In this document: piece by piece, positions 29,283 through 38,553 of the stretch
Numbering within the stretch: position 1 is the first letter of the stretch
Layout of the letters: every line of letters begins with the position of its first letter
From: an uncultured Dehalococcoidia bacterium
GTDB taxonomy: Bacteria > Chloroflexota > Dehalococcoidia > Lucifugimonadales > UBA2985
Direction of reading: 5' to 3'
Length of the DNA: 64,000 nt
Assembly: GCA_964578255.1 (NCBI GenBank)
Contig: CAZOCC010000035.1
Coordinates: 6,262 to 70,261 of the forward strand
The notes under the pieces: model-generated
Database searches by the model: none
Told to the model about the DNA's origin: nothing
Seen by the model: the letters and a program-made list of their open reading frames with translations, nothing else
Made by a program: the position numbers and the translations under genes

Positions 29283-30476
29283 TCAGATAACTTGTTCTTC
29301 CCGTAGATGATCTATTTCAGGATCAGTTAATCCTAACCAATTATTCAAAATCTGGTAAGTATCTTGCCCTAGGTCCGGAGATGATTTTCTAGCCCCTGTA
29401 TCGCTACGTGAGAATTTTAATGGCGTGTCTATTAGTTTCATACTGCCCAATCTTGGGTGTGGAACAGTGGTTACCATACCACGATGTTTTATTTGTGGGT
29501 CTTCAACAACCTTGTCTATTGTATTAACTGGCCCACATGGTATACCCATATCCTGCATATCGTTTAACCATTCCACACTGGATTTCTTGACTATTTCTTG
29601 GGACAACAATGGCTCCAAAATATCCCAATTTTGACTACGAGTCCAACCATCCTTGAAACGTGGATCGTCTATGAGGTCAACGCGGTCTATTAGGGAACAC
29701 AAAAGGGGCCATTTTTCTTTTCTGCCATCTGCTAAAGCAATGGTGATATAGCCATCCTTGGTTTGAAATACTTGGAATGGAGCTGTCACTGGATGCCTGG
29801 TACCCAATGGTTTTGGCACATCCCCTGTGGCAAAAAATCTGGCAAAAGCATTTTCCAATATAGCTACTTGGCAGTCTAGCATTGATATGTCTACCATTTG
29901 GCCTTCGCCACTAACTGAACGTTCTTGGAGGGCCGCCAGTGTGCCTATTACTGCGAATAATCCAGCAGTTATATCACCTTGAGATACACCTGGTCTGATA
30001 GGAGGGCCTCCGGGTTCACCTGTTATACTCAACACACCACCCATGCCCTGGACTATTACGTCCAACGCTGGCCTATCAAAATTTGGACCAGTCTGCCCAA
30101 ACCCGGAGATCGCAGTGTAAATTAAGCTAGGGTTAACGGATTTCAAGGCTTCATAGTTTATGCCCAGTTTTTTCATTACTCCAGGCCTTAGATTTTCCAA
30201 AACTACATCTGCTTTCTCTACCATCTGCAGGAATGTTCGTTTGCCAGATGGTTTAGATAAATCTAGGGTCATTCCGAGTTTGCCTCTGTTTATGCTCGTG
30301 AAATAGGAGCTTTCTCCATCTAGGAATGGGCCACTATATCTTGAGCTGTCACCGACTTCAGGTTGTTCTATCTTTATCACATATGCTCCCAGGTCTGCCA
30401 AGATCATGGAAGAAAATGGACCCGCCAGTACATGGGTTAAGTCCAGAATCGTGATATTTTTCAGTGGTTCATGCAT
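29283..30476 (-). CDS. family III CoA-transferase (CaiB/BaiF-like)
   Basis: 397 aa with ILDLTHVLAGPF, VIKIE.P..GD and ENLRPGVMKKLG motifs. Confidence 0.85.
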   Translation of the reverse strand: MHEPLKNITILDLTHVLAGPFSSMILADLGAYVIKIEQPEVGDSSRYSGPFLDGESSYFTSINRGKLGMTLDLSKPSGKRTFLQMVEKADVVLENLRPGVMKKLGINYEALKSVNPSLIYTAISGFGQTGPNFDRPALDVIVQGMGGVLSITGEPGGPPIRPGVSQGDITAGLFAVIGTLAALQERSVSGEGQMVDISMLDCQVAILENAFARFFATGDVPKPLGTRHPVTAPFQVFQTKDGYITIALADGRKEKWPLLCSLIDRVDLIDDPRFKDGWTRSQNWDILEPLLSQEIVKKSSVEWLNDMQDMGIPCGPVNTIDKVVEDPQIKHRGMVTTVPHPRLGSMKLIDTPLKFSRSDTGARKSSPDLGQDTYQILNNWLGLTDPEIDHLREEQVI

Positions 30477-30624
30477 ATTCTAGTCCCTATGTATGTATCA
30501 ATGTTTAAAACTCAGAACGATTTATCTTGTGGTCCAAGGAAAGGATATGTTGCGGGAGGCCTCTTTATTAATGGCTTTATTGTTAGGGTTCGGAGCGCAA
30601 TTATATCATAAGTAATGTGTGCAG

Positions 30625-30654
30625 TTGTGTGATGGTCTAAGCGTAGAATATAAT
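30625..30654 (+). promoter_or_regulatory. candidate promoter upstream of dnaJ
   Basis: TTGTGT (30625-30630), 18-nt spacer, TATAAT (30649-30654). Confidence 0.3.
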
Positions 30655-30687
30655 AGTCTGCTACGGAGTAATTGCAGGGTATGTGTT

Positions 30688-31803
30688 ATGAATAAAGAAA
30701 AAGACTATTATGAAATTTTGGGTGTTCCTAGAAGTGCGTCCAAAGAGGATATACAGAATAGATTTCGGCGCTTGGCATTAGAGTATCACCCTGACAGAAA
30801 TAAAGATCCCAGTGCACAAGATAAATTTAAAGAAATATATTCTGCGTATCAGGTTCTTAGTGACCCACAGAAACGGGCTCAGTACGATAGGTTTGGACAT
30901 TTGGGAGTTGGATCTAGCGGAGGGACAGGCCATGGATTTGACGGCTTTGATGTTGGGGGTGGTTTCGGAGATATTTTCGAGGCGTTCTTTGGGGGTTCCG
31001 CAAACAGATCTGGTAACGTTGCCCAAATAGGTAGAGATATACGCACTAGGATTGTTCTGTCCTTCGAAGAAGCTGTGTTTGGTGTTGAAAAAGAGATAGA
31101 CATAAATCGAACTGAATCATGCAGCAAATGTAATGGAAATAGAGCCGAGCCAGGCAGTGATCCAGCCAAGTGCGGTGACTGTAACGGTTTAGGTCAAACC
31201 AGGCGGGTACAGAGAAGCATATTTGGGCAGTTCTCACAAGTGGGTCCTTGTAGGAAATGTAATGGTATAGGCACCATCATACTGAATCCATGTTCACATT
31301 GTAGGGGATCAGGACGAGAAAAACGAAAACGCAAGATAATGGTAGATATACCTAAGGGTGTAGAAAATGGCATGAGTGTTAGGCTTTCAAGGGAAGGCGA
31401 TGCAGGTATGTATGGTGGCCCTCCGGGGAACTTATTGTTGGAACTTCATGTCAATCCTCACAAAATCTTTACTCGGAAGGATCTTGACGTTTTTCTGGAC
31501 TTGCCGATTAGTTTCGCCCAAGCAGCTTTGGGAGACGAGATCAAAGTTCCTACTTTGGATGGCTCTACTATAGTCAAGATACCCAATGGAACTCAAACAG
31601 GCACGGAATTTCGTATAAAGGGTAAAGGTGTGTCACACACACGTAATGCCAGAAGAGGGGATTATGTTGTTATTGTGAATGTTATAACCCCCAAGAAATT
31701 AGATAAACAACAAACGAAACTATTCAGGGAATTACTGGAAACTCAAGAAGGCATTGATGAAAGATTGGGAGATATAAGGAATATTCTAGATCAAAGCGGC
31801 TAA
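30688..31803 (+). CDS. dnaJ: molecular chaperone DnaJ
   Basis: J domain DYYEILGV...YHPDRN, a G/F region, and four CxxCxGxG zinc-finger repeats. ATG 30688 (ORF opens at 30619). Confidence 0.95.
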   Translation: MNKEKDYYEILGVPRSASKEDIQNRFRRLALEYHPDRNKDPSAQDKFKEIYSAYQVLSDPQKRAQYDRFGHLGVGSSGGTGHGFDGFDVGGGFGDIFEAFFGGSANRSGNVAQIGRDIRTRIVLSFEEAVFGVEKEIDINRTESCSKCNGNRAEPGSDPAKCGDCNGLGQTRRVQRSIFGQFSQVGPCRKCNGIGTIILNPCSHCRGSGREKRKRKIMVDIPKGVENGMSVRLSREGDAGMYGGPPGNLLLELHVNPHKIFTRKDLDVFLDLPISFAQAALGDEIKVPTLDGSTIVKIPNGTQTGTEFRIKGKGVSHTRNARRGDYVVIVNVITPKKLDKQQTKLFRELLETQEGIDERLGDIRNILDQSG

Positions 31804-31880
31804 TATGAATACGATATCTGGAAAAACCCTTATATTTGTTGTGGAGACAGATTGATCCAGTTGATTGGATGTAAGGTTAT

Positions 31881-32798
31881 ATGAAATGGCTTGAACTTAG
31901 CCTACAAACCCCCAAGGAATACGTAGAACCACTGTCAACTATTTTTCATAGATATGGCGATGGACGATTGGCTGTGGAATTGGCGGGTGGGTACAATCCT
32001 GATGAAGGAGAGTCCGAGCCAGATACCGAATTGGCAACTGTACGCACCTATTTGAAAGTAGATCAAACTACAACGTTTAGGAAAAAACAGATACAGGTTG
32101 CTATAGAGCTGATTAGAAAGTTATGCCAATTGTCTGACCTACAAGAACGTTACATGAGTGGAGACGAATGGCTGGAATCCTGGAAAAGTCACTTTTCCGT
32201 ATTACGTATTGGCAATATTGTGATCTGTCCTACTTGGGAGTCATATCTGGCTAGGCCAAGTGATTTGTTGATAAAATTGGATCCTGGTATGGCATTTGGT
32301 ACAGGTCATCACCCAACAACACAGATGTGCCTTGAACAATTGGGACGTTTAGTGAGCCCGGGTATGAAAGTCTTAGATGTAGGAACCGGATCGGGTATTC
32401 TAGCAATGGCGGCAGCCAAATTGGGTGCCGCTGCCGTACTGGGGTTAGATATAGACCCAGCTGCCGTAAAAATTGCTAAGAGTAATATTCGGTATAATGG
32501 CTTGCAGCACTTGGTTAAAGTGCGTGGCTCACATGGCACGGATTTTGATATTTCGGGCAATTGTTATGATTTGGTAGTTGCTAACCTGTATTCCAACGTG
32601 ATACTTGATATTGGCAACAATTTAATGACGCAAGTGGCTAGTGGAGGCCATCTAATAATATCGGGTATTTTGAGTAAAAGATCTCTGGAAATACAACAGT
32701 ATTTTGAGAACCTAGGTTGTATCATGGAAGCAGTGCATGGTGATGGAGATTGGGCGGCCTTTGTCATTGCAAGTAACAAGAGTGTTGATAATGCATAG
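31881..32798 (+). CDS. prmA: ribosomal protein L11 methyltransferase
   Basis: 305 aa with FGTGHHPTT and VLDVGTGSGILA motifs. Sits in the dnaJ-prmA-rsmE order. Confidence 0.9.
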   Translation: MKWLELSLQTPKEYVEPLSTIFHRYGDGRLAVELAGGYNPDEGESEPDTELATVRTYLKVDQTTTFRKKQIQVAIELIRKLCQLSDLQERYMSGDEWLESWKSHFSVLRIGNIVICPTWESYLARPSDLLIKLDPGMAFGTGHHPTTQMCLEQLGRLVSPGMKVLDVGTGSGILAMAAAKLGAAAVLGLDIDPAAVKIAKSNIRYNGLQHLVKVRGSHGTDFDISGNCYDLVVANLYSNVILDIGNNLMTQVASGGHLIISGILSKRSLEIQQYFENLGCIMEAVHGDGDWAAFVIASNKSVDNA

Positions 32799-33537
32799 AT
32801 TTTATGTTGCTCCAGAGTGTATTGGCGATGAATTTATAGAAGTGGGCGGGCAGGTAGCAAACCAAAGTTCTAAGGTGTTGCGCTTGCAGCCACGTGACCA
32901 AGTAACGTTTTTTGATAACTCAGGATATGAATACATCGTAGAGTTGATTAGTGTCACTCAACATCTACTGAACGGCAGGATTGTTCATAGAGCAATTGGA
33001 TCATCTGACCCAAGAATACATCTAACCCTCTATCAAGGCATTATGAAAGCCAATAAATTTGAGACAGTGTTGCAAAAAGGCACGGAAATAGGCATATCCT
33101 CATTTGTTCCTGTCTTGTGTAGTAGAAGCGTACCATCCCTTTCCAGGGATTGGGTGAATAATAGATATTTAAGATGGTCTAATATAATCGTGGAAGCATC
33201 AGAGCAATCTGGTAGAACCTGTATTCCTACATTGGAAGCTCCTATGTCATTTCAGGAAGTCATAGTAGCCATTAAAGGAAATGGCATTATGGCCTGGGAG
33301 GGAGAAACTGACAAAGGTCTGAGGGAATGTCTAGTTGAAAGCATCCACGGGTCTGGTTCGCAGAATTACAGCTTGTTTGTAGGACCAGAGGGTGGGTTTG
33401 CAATAGAAGAAGTTCAACAAGCTAAATCGGCGGGATTTGTAACAGTTAATTTGGGTAAAAGAATACTAAGAGCGGAAACTGCTGGACTAGCTATGGCGAT
33501 GGCAGCCATGTATGAATTTGGTGAATTGGGAAATTAA
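32791..33537 (+). CDS. rsmE: 16S rRNA (uracil1498-N3)-methyltransferase RsmE
   Basis: Begins MHRFYV and has the C-terminal GPEGGF..EE...A...GF..V.LG.RILR.ETA pattern. ATG 32791 overlaps the prmA stop by 8 nt. Confidence 0.88.
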   Translation: MHRFYVAPECIGDEFIEVGGQVANQSSKVLRLQPRDQVTFFDNSGYEYIVELISVTQHLLNGRIVHRAIGSSDPRIHLTLYQGIMKANKFETVLQKGTEIGISSFVPVLCSRSVPSLSRDWVNNRYLRWSNIIVEASEQSGRTCIPTLEAPMSFQEVIVAIKGNGIMAWEGETDKGLRECLVESIHGSGSQNYSLFVGPEGGFAIEEVQQAKSAGFVTVNLGKRILRAETAGLAMAMAAMYEFGELGN

Positions 33538-33556
33538 TTGTTTGGAGGTTGGCAGT

Positions 33557-33988
33557 ATGGTTAAACTGGACGATGTATGGGAATCATATTCTGCTTTACA
33601 ATATAATCCGGAAATCTTGGATGAATCAACCATAGACCAAGAATGCCTAATAGCCTTTGAATATGAATATCGGGAAGATGGTTGTGAGATTACAATAGAT
33701 ACCGATGAATTCACTGCTGTATGCCCATGGACAGGTCTGCCGGATTTCGGAGATATTCTAATAAGGTATATTCCCGATAGTAGGTTATTGGAGCTAAAGT
33801 CATTGAAATACTACCTATTGTCTTATAGGCAGGTGGGTATAATTCAGGAGCATGCTGCTAACAGAATGCTGAGGGACCTGGTGTCAACTTGTAGACCTCT
33901 CATGATGAATTTGACATTAAATTACAAATCTAGAGGTGGCCTGCATACCGCCGTAGAAGTTTCCTATCGCTCTGATACCGGGAGTTAG
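33557..33988 (+). CDS. queF: NADPH-dependent 7-cyano-7-deazaguanine (preQ0) reductase, type I
   Basis: EFTAVCPWTGLPDFG (catalytic Cys) and the QueF motif E(L)KSLKYYL. ATG 33557 follows GGAGG. Confidence 0.88.
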   Translation: MVKLDDVWESYSALQYNPEILDESTIDQECLIAFEYEYREDGCEITIDTDEFTAVCPWTGLPDFGDILIRYIPDSRLLELKSLKYYLLSYRQVGIIQEHAANRMLRDLVSTCRPLMMNLTLNYKSRGGLHTAVEVSYRSDTGS

Positions 33989-34308
33989 ATCCGTCTCGGT
34001 TTTTGCGATACTAGTATGTCGGTGTTATCGATCCTGACTTCGTAGGCATCCAACGGCTCATCGGCAGGGGGAGCCAGTACCTCCCCACTCCGGACATCGA
34101 ACTCTGCTCCATGGCATGGACACCTTAGCACTGGTCCGTCAAGGGCTCCATCGGATAAAGAGCAGCGAGCATGTGTGCACAGGTCCGATACGGCGTAAAA
34201 GTTGCCTTCTACCTTGGCTAGTACTAAGCGTTCGTCACCAGTTTCCACAGGCATCATCTGGCCTTCATTTAACTCAGAAGTATCCGCGATCTTCAGGAAT
34301 TGTTCCAA
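33985..34308 (-). CDS. Rieske [2Fe-2S] ferredoxin-like protein
   Basis: CTHARCSL...CPCHGAEF Rieske ligand boxes. TTG 34308 lies 7 nt after AAGGAG and is preferred over GTG 34353. Confidence 0.85.
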   Translation of the reverse strand: MEQFLKIADTSELNEGQMMPVETGDERLVLAKVEGNFYAVSDLCTHARCSLSDGALDGPVLRCPCHGAEFDVRSGEVLAPPADEPLDAYEVRIDNTDILVSQKPRRI

Positions 34309-34390
34309 TTTTATTCTCCTTACGTTAGAATACAGGGACTTCCCAGGTTTCACAATTTGTTAAGAGTGGCATTAAAATACCATACTATCT

Positions 34391-34407
34391 CATATGGAAT
34401 CCATATG
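34391..34407. promoter_or_regulatory. 17-nt perfect palindrome, candidate operator
   Basis: CATATGGA-A-TCCATATG, in the divergent Rieske/MFS intergenic region. Confidence 0.35.
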
Positions 34408-34552
34408 CCATTTAACTAGTCAATTAATTTTTCGGTTACGGTCTTTGTCTGGCATGGATATAGTCGTAATTGTGCCGGCACCAAAGGTGTTCCTGTGTAA
34501 CCTATACAGTCCATGCCCTAGTGATTGATTCACTACAAGGAGATATAAGCTA

Positions 34553-35779
34553 ATGCTTAGACCAAAAAACGCTCCAGAGAGTTTTGAGCAGACCCAAGTA
34601 GTGACACCGACGCAAAGGATTACATTACTAATCGTAATGGTATTTGGTCATGCGCTAAAACACACTTTCAATGCGGCATTTTTCGTGTTATTGCCATCGA
34701 TCAAAACTGATCTTGGCCTCAATAATACTCAAGTTGGAACACTTTCAACTTTTCGTGGAATTATTGGTGGACTTGCCAACATACCAGCCGGATTCCTGGG
34801 AGATAGATATGCCAAGCGACGAGCTGAAATATTGGGTATTACAATAGTAATGGTCGCAGTTTTCGCGTTTGCTCTCGGTCATGCCACAAACTTTTGGATG
34901 GCTGTTATCCTATCCTCTCTCTTTACAGTAGCAATCACATTTTGGCACCCGGCTGCCATAGCTTCTCTCTCCAAGGAATATGGTGAAAGAAAAGGATTCG
35001 CGATTGCGCTACATGGAACTGGGGGAAGCATTGGGGAAACTTTGGGGCCAATATTGACAGGATCATTACTTGCTATCATCAGTTGGCGCTTTGTGTTGCA
35101 GGGTAGTGTTGTGCCGGGTGTTGTGTTCGGAGTTATGATATGGTCAATTTTGCGCAGTGTCCCAGGAGGATATTCGTCAGTTGTAACTTTACCAGACTAT
35201 CTCCGATCTGTTCTTCTTCTACTTCGCGACAGGAGATTGTTATTGGTTCTTCTATTTGCTGCTGGCTTTGCCGGCGGACAGGCTACAGTTTTGACTTTTC
35301 TGCCCATATATTTGGATGAAGAGTTCGGATTTTCCAGCGTGTCTATAGGTGTTTATTTGTCATTAGCTCAGGTTAGTGGCATAGTCTCCCAACCTATTAT
35401 GGGTTTTGCATCAGATAAATTCGGGCGTAAATTGATATTGGCTCCCAGTTTGATGCTATTATCGTTATCATTTATTGGTATTAGTATGGTTCCTCCAGGA
35501 TTATTTTTTGCCCTAGTGGTGTTTGCCATGGGTGCTTTTCTATTTCCTTTAATGGCTATACTATTAGCATCAGCAATAGATTTGGTATCCGTGCAGGCAC
35601 AAGCAACCACGGTGTCTTTGGTTTTCGGAGCAGCTGTAGTTGTGTCTGCATATGCGCCTGGAATAGCAGGCGTATTGGCAGATTCATGGGGCACTGCCGC
35701 AGCCTTTCAATTCGCATCCGGCCTTGTATTGGTTACGGCGATATTGGCAAGCATCACAAAATGGAAGCCAGGCACATAA
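34553..35779 (+). CDS. MFS transporter
   Basis: 408 aa, about 12 predicted TM segments, with the GFLGDRYAKRR loop 2-3 motif. AGGAGA SD. Confidence 0.85.
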   Translation: MLRPKNAPESFEQTQVVTPTQRITLLIVMVFGHALKHTFNAAFFVLLPSIKTDLGLNNTQVGTLSTFRGIIGGLANIPAGFLGDRYAKRRAEILGITIVMVAVFAFALGHATNFWMAVILSSLFTVAITFWHPAAIASLSKEYGERKGFAIALHGTGGSIGETLGPILTGSLLAIISWRFVLQGSVVPGVVFGVMIWSILRSVPGGYSSVVTLPDYLRSVLLLLRDRRLLLVLLFAAGFAGGQATVLTFLPIYLDEEFGFSSVSIGVYLSLAQVSGIVSQPIMGFASDKFGRKLILAPSLMLLSLSFIGISMVPPGLFFALVVFAMGAFLFPLMAILLASAIDLVSVQAQATTVSLVFGAAVVVSAYAPGIAGVLADSWGTAAAFQFASGLVLVTAILASITKWKPGT

Positions 35780-35924
35780 TTGATTTTTGGTGAATACTGA
35801 TCATACAAATATTGATCCCGTCAGTAGCAGTAAATAGATATCTTGATTGTTGCTATACAGCGGATGTCATAGGTTGGCTGGAATGTTGAGAAAAATTGAG
35901 GTTTGGTGCATATAATGCCAGTTG

Positions 35925-35954
35925 TTGACAAGTGCAATGCCATGTTCATAGAAT
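35925..35954 (+). promoter_or_regulatory. candidate promoter for the zinc-ribbon/recombinase-like gene pair
   Basis: TTGACA (35925-35930), 18-nt spacer, TAGAAT (35949-35954). It would leave only a short leader. Confidence 0.35.
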
Positions 35955-35972
35955 TAAGCGAATGCGTGGCTT

Positions 35973-36677
35973 ATGATGACTGATTTACGTCTATTGTATA
36001 ACCTATCCGAGTTGGACTCAGAGATTGATACGCGGAGAAAATCGATACACTCCATTGAAGAAGCACTGGCTGATGATCATTTACTTGTGAATGCCCAAAG
36101 GTTGGTAGATAAGATAAAGGCAGCGTTGAGAAAAAGGGAACTTTTGAAGAATGATATAGAATTGATTGTTGGCTCGTATCAAGCAAAAGGGGCGTTTCTG
36201 GAGAGTAAATTGTATGGGGGGACTGTTAAGATACCGCGCGAGTTGGAGGACATGCAACAAGAATTGAATTCATTGCGCCGCCAACAAAGTGAAGAGGAAA
36301 ACAAGCTATTCTCAGTTCTGGAAGAGATTGAACAAATTGAAAAAATGTTCAGTGACAAATCTGATGCACTGAATCGTATAAAAGCCGAAAGAGATAAGGA
36401 GTGCAATAGGCTTGAAGCTGAAAAAGGTAGTTTGCTCGATGATTGCTCACATCTTGAGAATGAGCGTAAGGACTTAGCATTTAAATTTGATACTGCAGAT
36501 CTTGAAATGTACAATTCTGTAAGACAATCTCGCAATGGAGCGGTAGTTGCCAAGGTTGAAAACGGAGTTTGTCGAGGTTGCAGGATAATGCTACCCACCA
36601 GTGTAGTTCAAAAGGCCAAAGGCTCAGGAAGACCCGAACGTTGTCCAAGTTGCAGTCGTATATTATATGTTGGCTGA
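35973..36677 (+). CDS. coiled-coil protein with C-terminal C4 zinc ribbon (COG1579-like)
   Basis: 234 aa. Long heptad-like Glu/Lys/Leu-rich region, then CRGCRIMLP...CPSCSRILY. Confidence 0.7.
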   Translation: MMTDLRLLYNLSELDSEIDTRRKSIHSIEEALADDHLLVNAQRLVDKIKAALRKRELLKNDIELIVGSYQAKGAFLESKLYGGTVKIPRELEDMQQELNSLRRQQSEEENKLFSVLEEIEQIEKMFSDKSDALNRIKAERDKECNRLEAEKGSLLDDCSHLENERKDLAFKFDTADLEMYNSVRQSRNGAVVAKVENGVCRGCRIMLPTSVVQKAKGSGRPERCPSCSRILYVG

Positions 36678-36683
36678 TGTATT

Positions 36684-38099
36684 ATGAAGGCTATTGGCTA
36701 CTTCATTGTAGATAAAGACAGTTCCGGCGATGGGGTTCAATCCTTAGATCAGGGTACCAGTGAACCTAAGGATAACTTCTTGTTGAAGCAGTGGGCGTTT
36801 TCGGATTACTGCCATAGGAATGGTCATCAACCTGTCACAACGTTTGTGGACTATCGTGATGACTTACAAGCAGAAGATCACAGACCTAATTATATGGAAA
36901 TGCTTGGATATCTAAGTAGATCAGATTCTGAATTCCTAGTGATTGTTGAAGCTACACATGTATTTGGCACCACTTTGGAATCAGCAGTAAGACGTGTTTT
37001 GGAATTGGACTCTATGGGAGCTAAAGTTCTGTGCAATGACGAAGAAATGCCAGATCCATTACAGCAAGGACTCAAGTATTGGGGAGGGTCTCGCAGTGGT
37101 ACTGCAAGGGGCGACAGTATTCGCGAGGGCATGAAAGCCAAAGCGATTCGTGGTGAGGGCCTTGGTAAACCACCCATCGGATATAGGGTCGGGTCTGCAG
37201 GTAAACTGGAAGTGGTAGATGATGAGGCTAAAGTAGTGAATCTCATCTATGACTTGTATACAAAGGATAAAATAGGTATGAGACTTATAGTGCGTCATTT
37301 GAACGAATGTGGATTCCCTACCAGAAGAGGTGGCGGCTGGAGTATAGTGACGGTAAGAGATGTATTGCGGAATAGAGCTTATCTTGGTACATACAATAGA
37401 TTTGGTATGCGAGTGCCTGGTAATCATCAGCCCATTATAGAATCTGGCAAATTTAATTTAGCCCAGGATATTATGGCTGCCGGTAGGCCTTCACGTGTTC
37501 GGCATTCTAAGGAACCTTTCCTTTTGTCTGGGTTGATTTATTGTGGTGAGTGTGGCAATCGCATGGTAGGTGTAAATAGGCGTCAAGGTTGGACCAGGAA
37601 GGATGGAGCCAGGCTCATGGGTGACTACAGATATTATCAGTGCCAATCCAGAACCAATCAAAGTAGGTGTAGTTATCATACATGGAGGTCCACTGTTTTA
37701 GAGGAAATGGTTGTTGCCCAAATTACAGATAAATTGAATAGCAAAACGCTACATACCAATATTCAAGACCATGATATTTTGGCGTTGCCGAGTATTTGGA
37801 AGACACAGGAGCGCCTGAAGAATCAATTTCTGAAGAATCTAGAGGATACTGCACTAGGCATTATTTCTTTACCACGACTTAGATCTATCCTAGATGATGT
37901 GGATGCAGAACGTAACAATCTTAGGGACTTGATGGCTCCCACAAGGGGATTCTTTGAAGCACTGCGTAATCGGGATAATACAACGTTACTATCTATATGG
38001 GAATCAGCCAATAACAGTACAATGAAACATATACTTGGAGCATTGGTTTCGCACATAAATGTTTCTGATGGATCTATAGACGTAAAGTTGTTTTACTAA
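36684..38099 (+). CDS. large serine recombinase homologue with apparently degenerate catalytic residues
   Basis: 471 aa. Resolvase-like N-terminal fold, recombinase domain (GKPPIGYRV...LIYDLY...IVRHLNE.G.PT..GG.W....V..VLRN.AYLG), and zinc ribbon CGECG...YYQC...C. The N-terminus reads KAIGYFIVDKD instead of Y-x-R-V-S. Confidence 0.7.
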   Translation: MKAIGYFIVDKDSSGDGVQSLDQGTSEPKDNFLLKQWAFSDYCHRNGHQPVTTFVDYRDDLQAEDHRPNYMEMLGYLSRSDSEFLVIVEATHVFGTTLESAVRRVLELDSMGAKVLCNDEEMPDPLQQGLKYWGGSRSGTARGDSIREGMKAKAIRGEGLGKPPIGYRVGSAGKLEVVDDEAKVVNLIYDLYTKDKIGMRLIVRHLNECGFPTRRGGGWSIVTVRDVLRNRAYLGTYNRFGMRVPGNHQPIIESGKFNLAQDIMAAGRPSRVRHSKEPFLLSGLIYCGECGNRMVGVNRRQGWTRKDGARLMGDYRYYQCQSRTNQSRCSYHTWRSTVLEEMVVAQITDKLNSKTLHTNIQDHDILALPSIWKTQERLKNQFLKNLEDTALGIISLPRLRSILDDVDAERNNLRDLMAPTRGFFEALRNRDNTTLLSIWESANNSTMKHILGALVSHINVSDGSIDVKLFY

Positions 38100-38149
38100 A
38101 TGTATAACCTATCAGCATTACTAGGTATTGGCGTAGATAACATTTCTTT

Positions 38150-38178
38150 TTGACCGACCTTTCCGGGGATGTTACACT
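38150..38178 (+). promoter_or_regulatory. candidate rnpB promoter
   Basis: TTGACC (38150-38155), 17-nt spacer, TACACT (38173-38178). The predicted start coincides with the 5' strand of P1. Confidence 0.5.
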
Positions 38179-38183
38179 AGCTG

Positions 38184-38547
38184 CTGGTTGGCAGGAGGGC
38201 TGGGTGATCGCCTCAACGTATCGTTGTGGAGGAAAGTCCGAGCTCCACTAGGCAGGGTGCTGGCTAATTACCAGGCGGAGTAATCCGACGGAAAGTGCCA
38301 CAGAAATAATACCGCCTTGCAATGCAGGTAAGGTTGAAATGGTGTGGTAAGAGCTCACCGCTCCGATGGTGACATCGGAGGCATGGCAAACCCCGCTCGG
38401 AGCAAGGCCGAATAGAGGGGCTAAGAGTGCCTAGCTCGCCCCCGGGTTGGCTGCTAGAGGTTGTGAGTAATCGCAGCCCCAGATAGATGATCACCATCCC
38501 ACTTCGTGGGATACAGAACTCGGCTTATAGGCCTCCCTGCTGGCCAC
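38184..38547 (+). ncRNA. rnpB: RNase P RNA, bacterial type A
   Basis: Universally conserved blocks GGAGGAAAGTCCGAGCTCCAC, ACAGAAATAATACCGCC, GGTAAGGTTGAAATGGTGTGGTAAGAGCTCACC and ACAGAACTCGGCTTATAG. P1 pairs 38184-38202 with 38530-38547. Ends are approximate. Confidence 0.93.
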
Positions 38548-38553
38548 GTTTTT

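Noticed and set aside
30477-30687. CIRCE (HrcA) operator upstream of dnaJ
   Set aside because: No TTAGCACTC-N9-GAGTGCTAA-like inverted repeat is present.
36684-38099. Calling the recombinase homologue a mobile element or integrated island
   Set aside because: There are no cargo or phage genes and no flanking direct repeats that I could see. Flanking genes are housekeeping, and the catalytic motifs look degenerate. It is therefore reported as a CDS, not as a mobile_element.
38264-38497. 77-aa minus-strand ORF
   Set aside because: It lies entirely inside the RNase P RNA gene, so it is an artefact of a GC-richer structured RNA.
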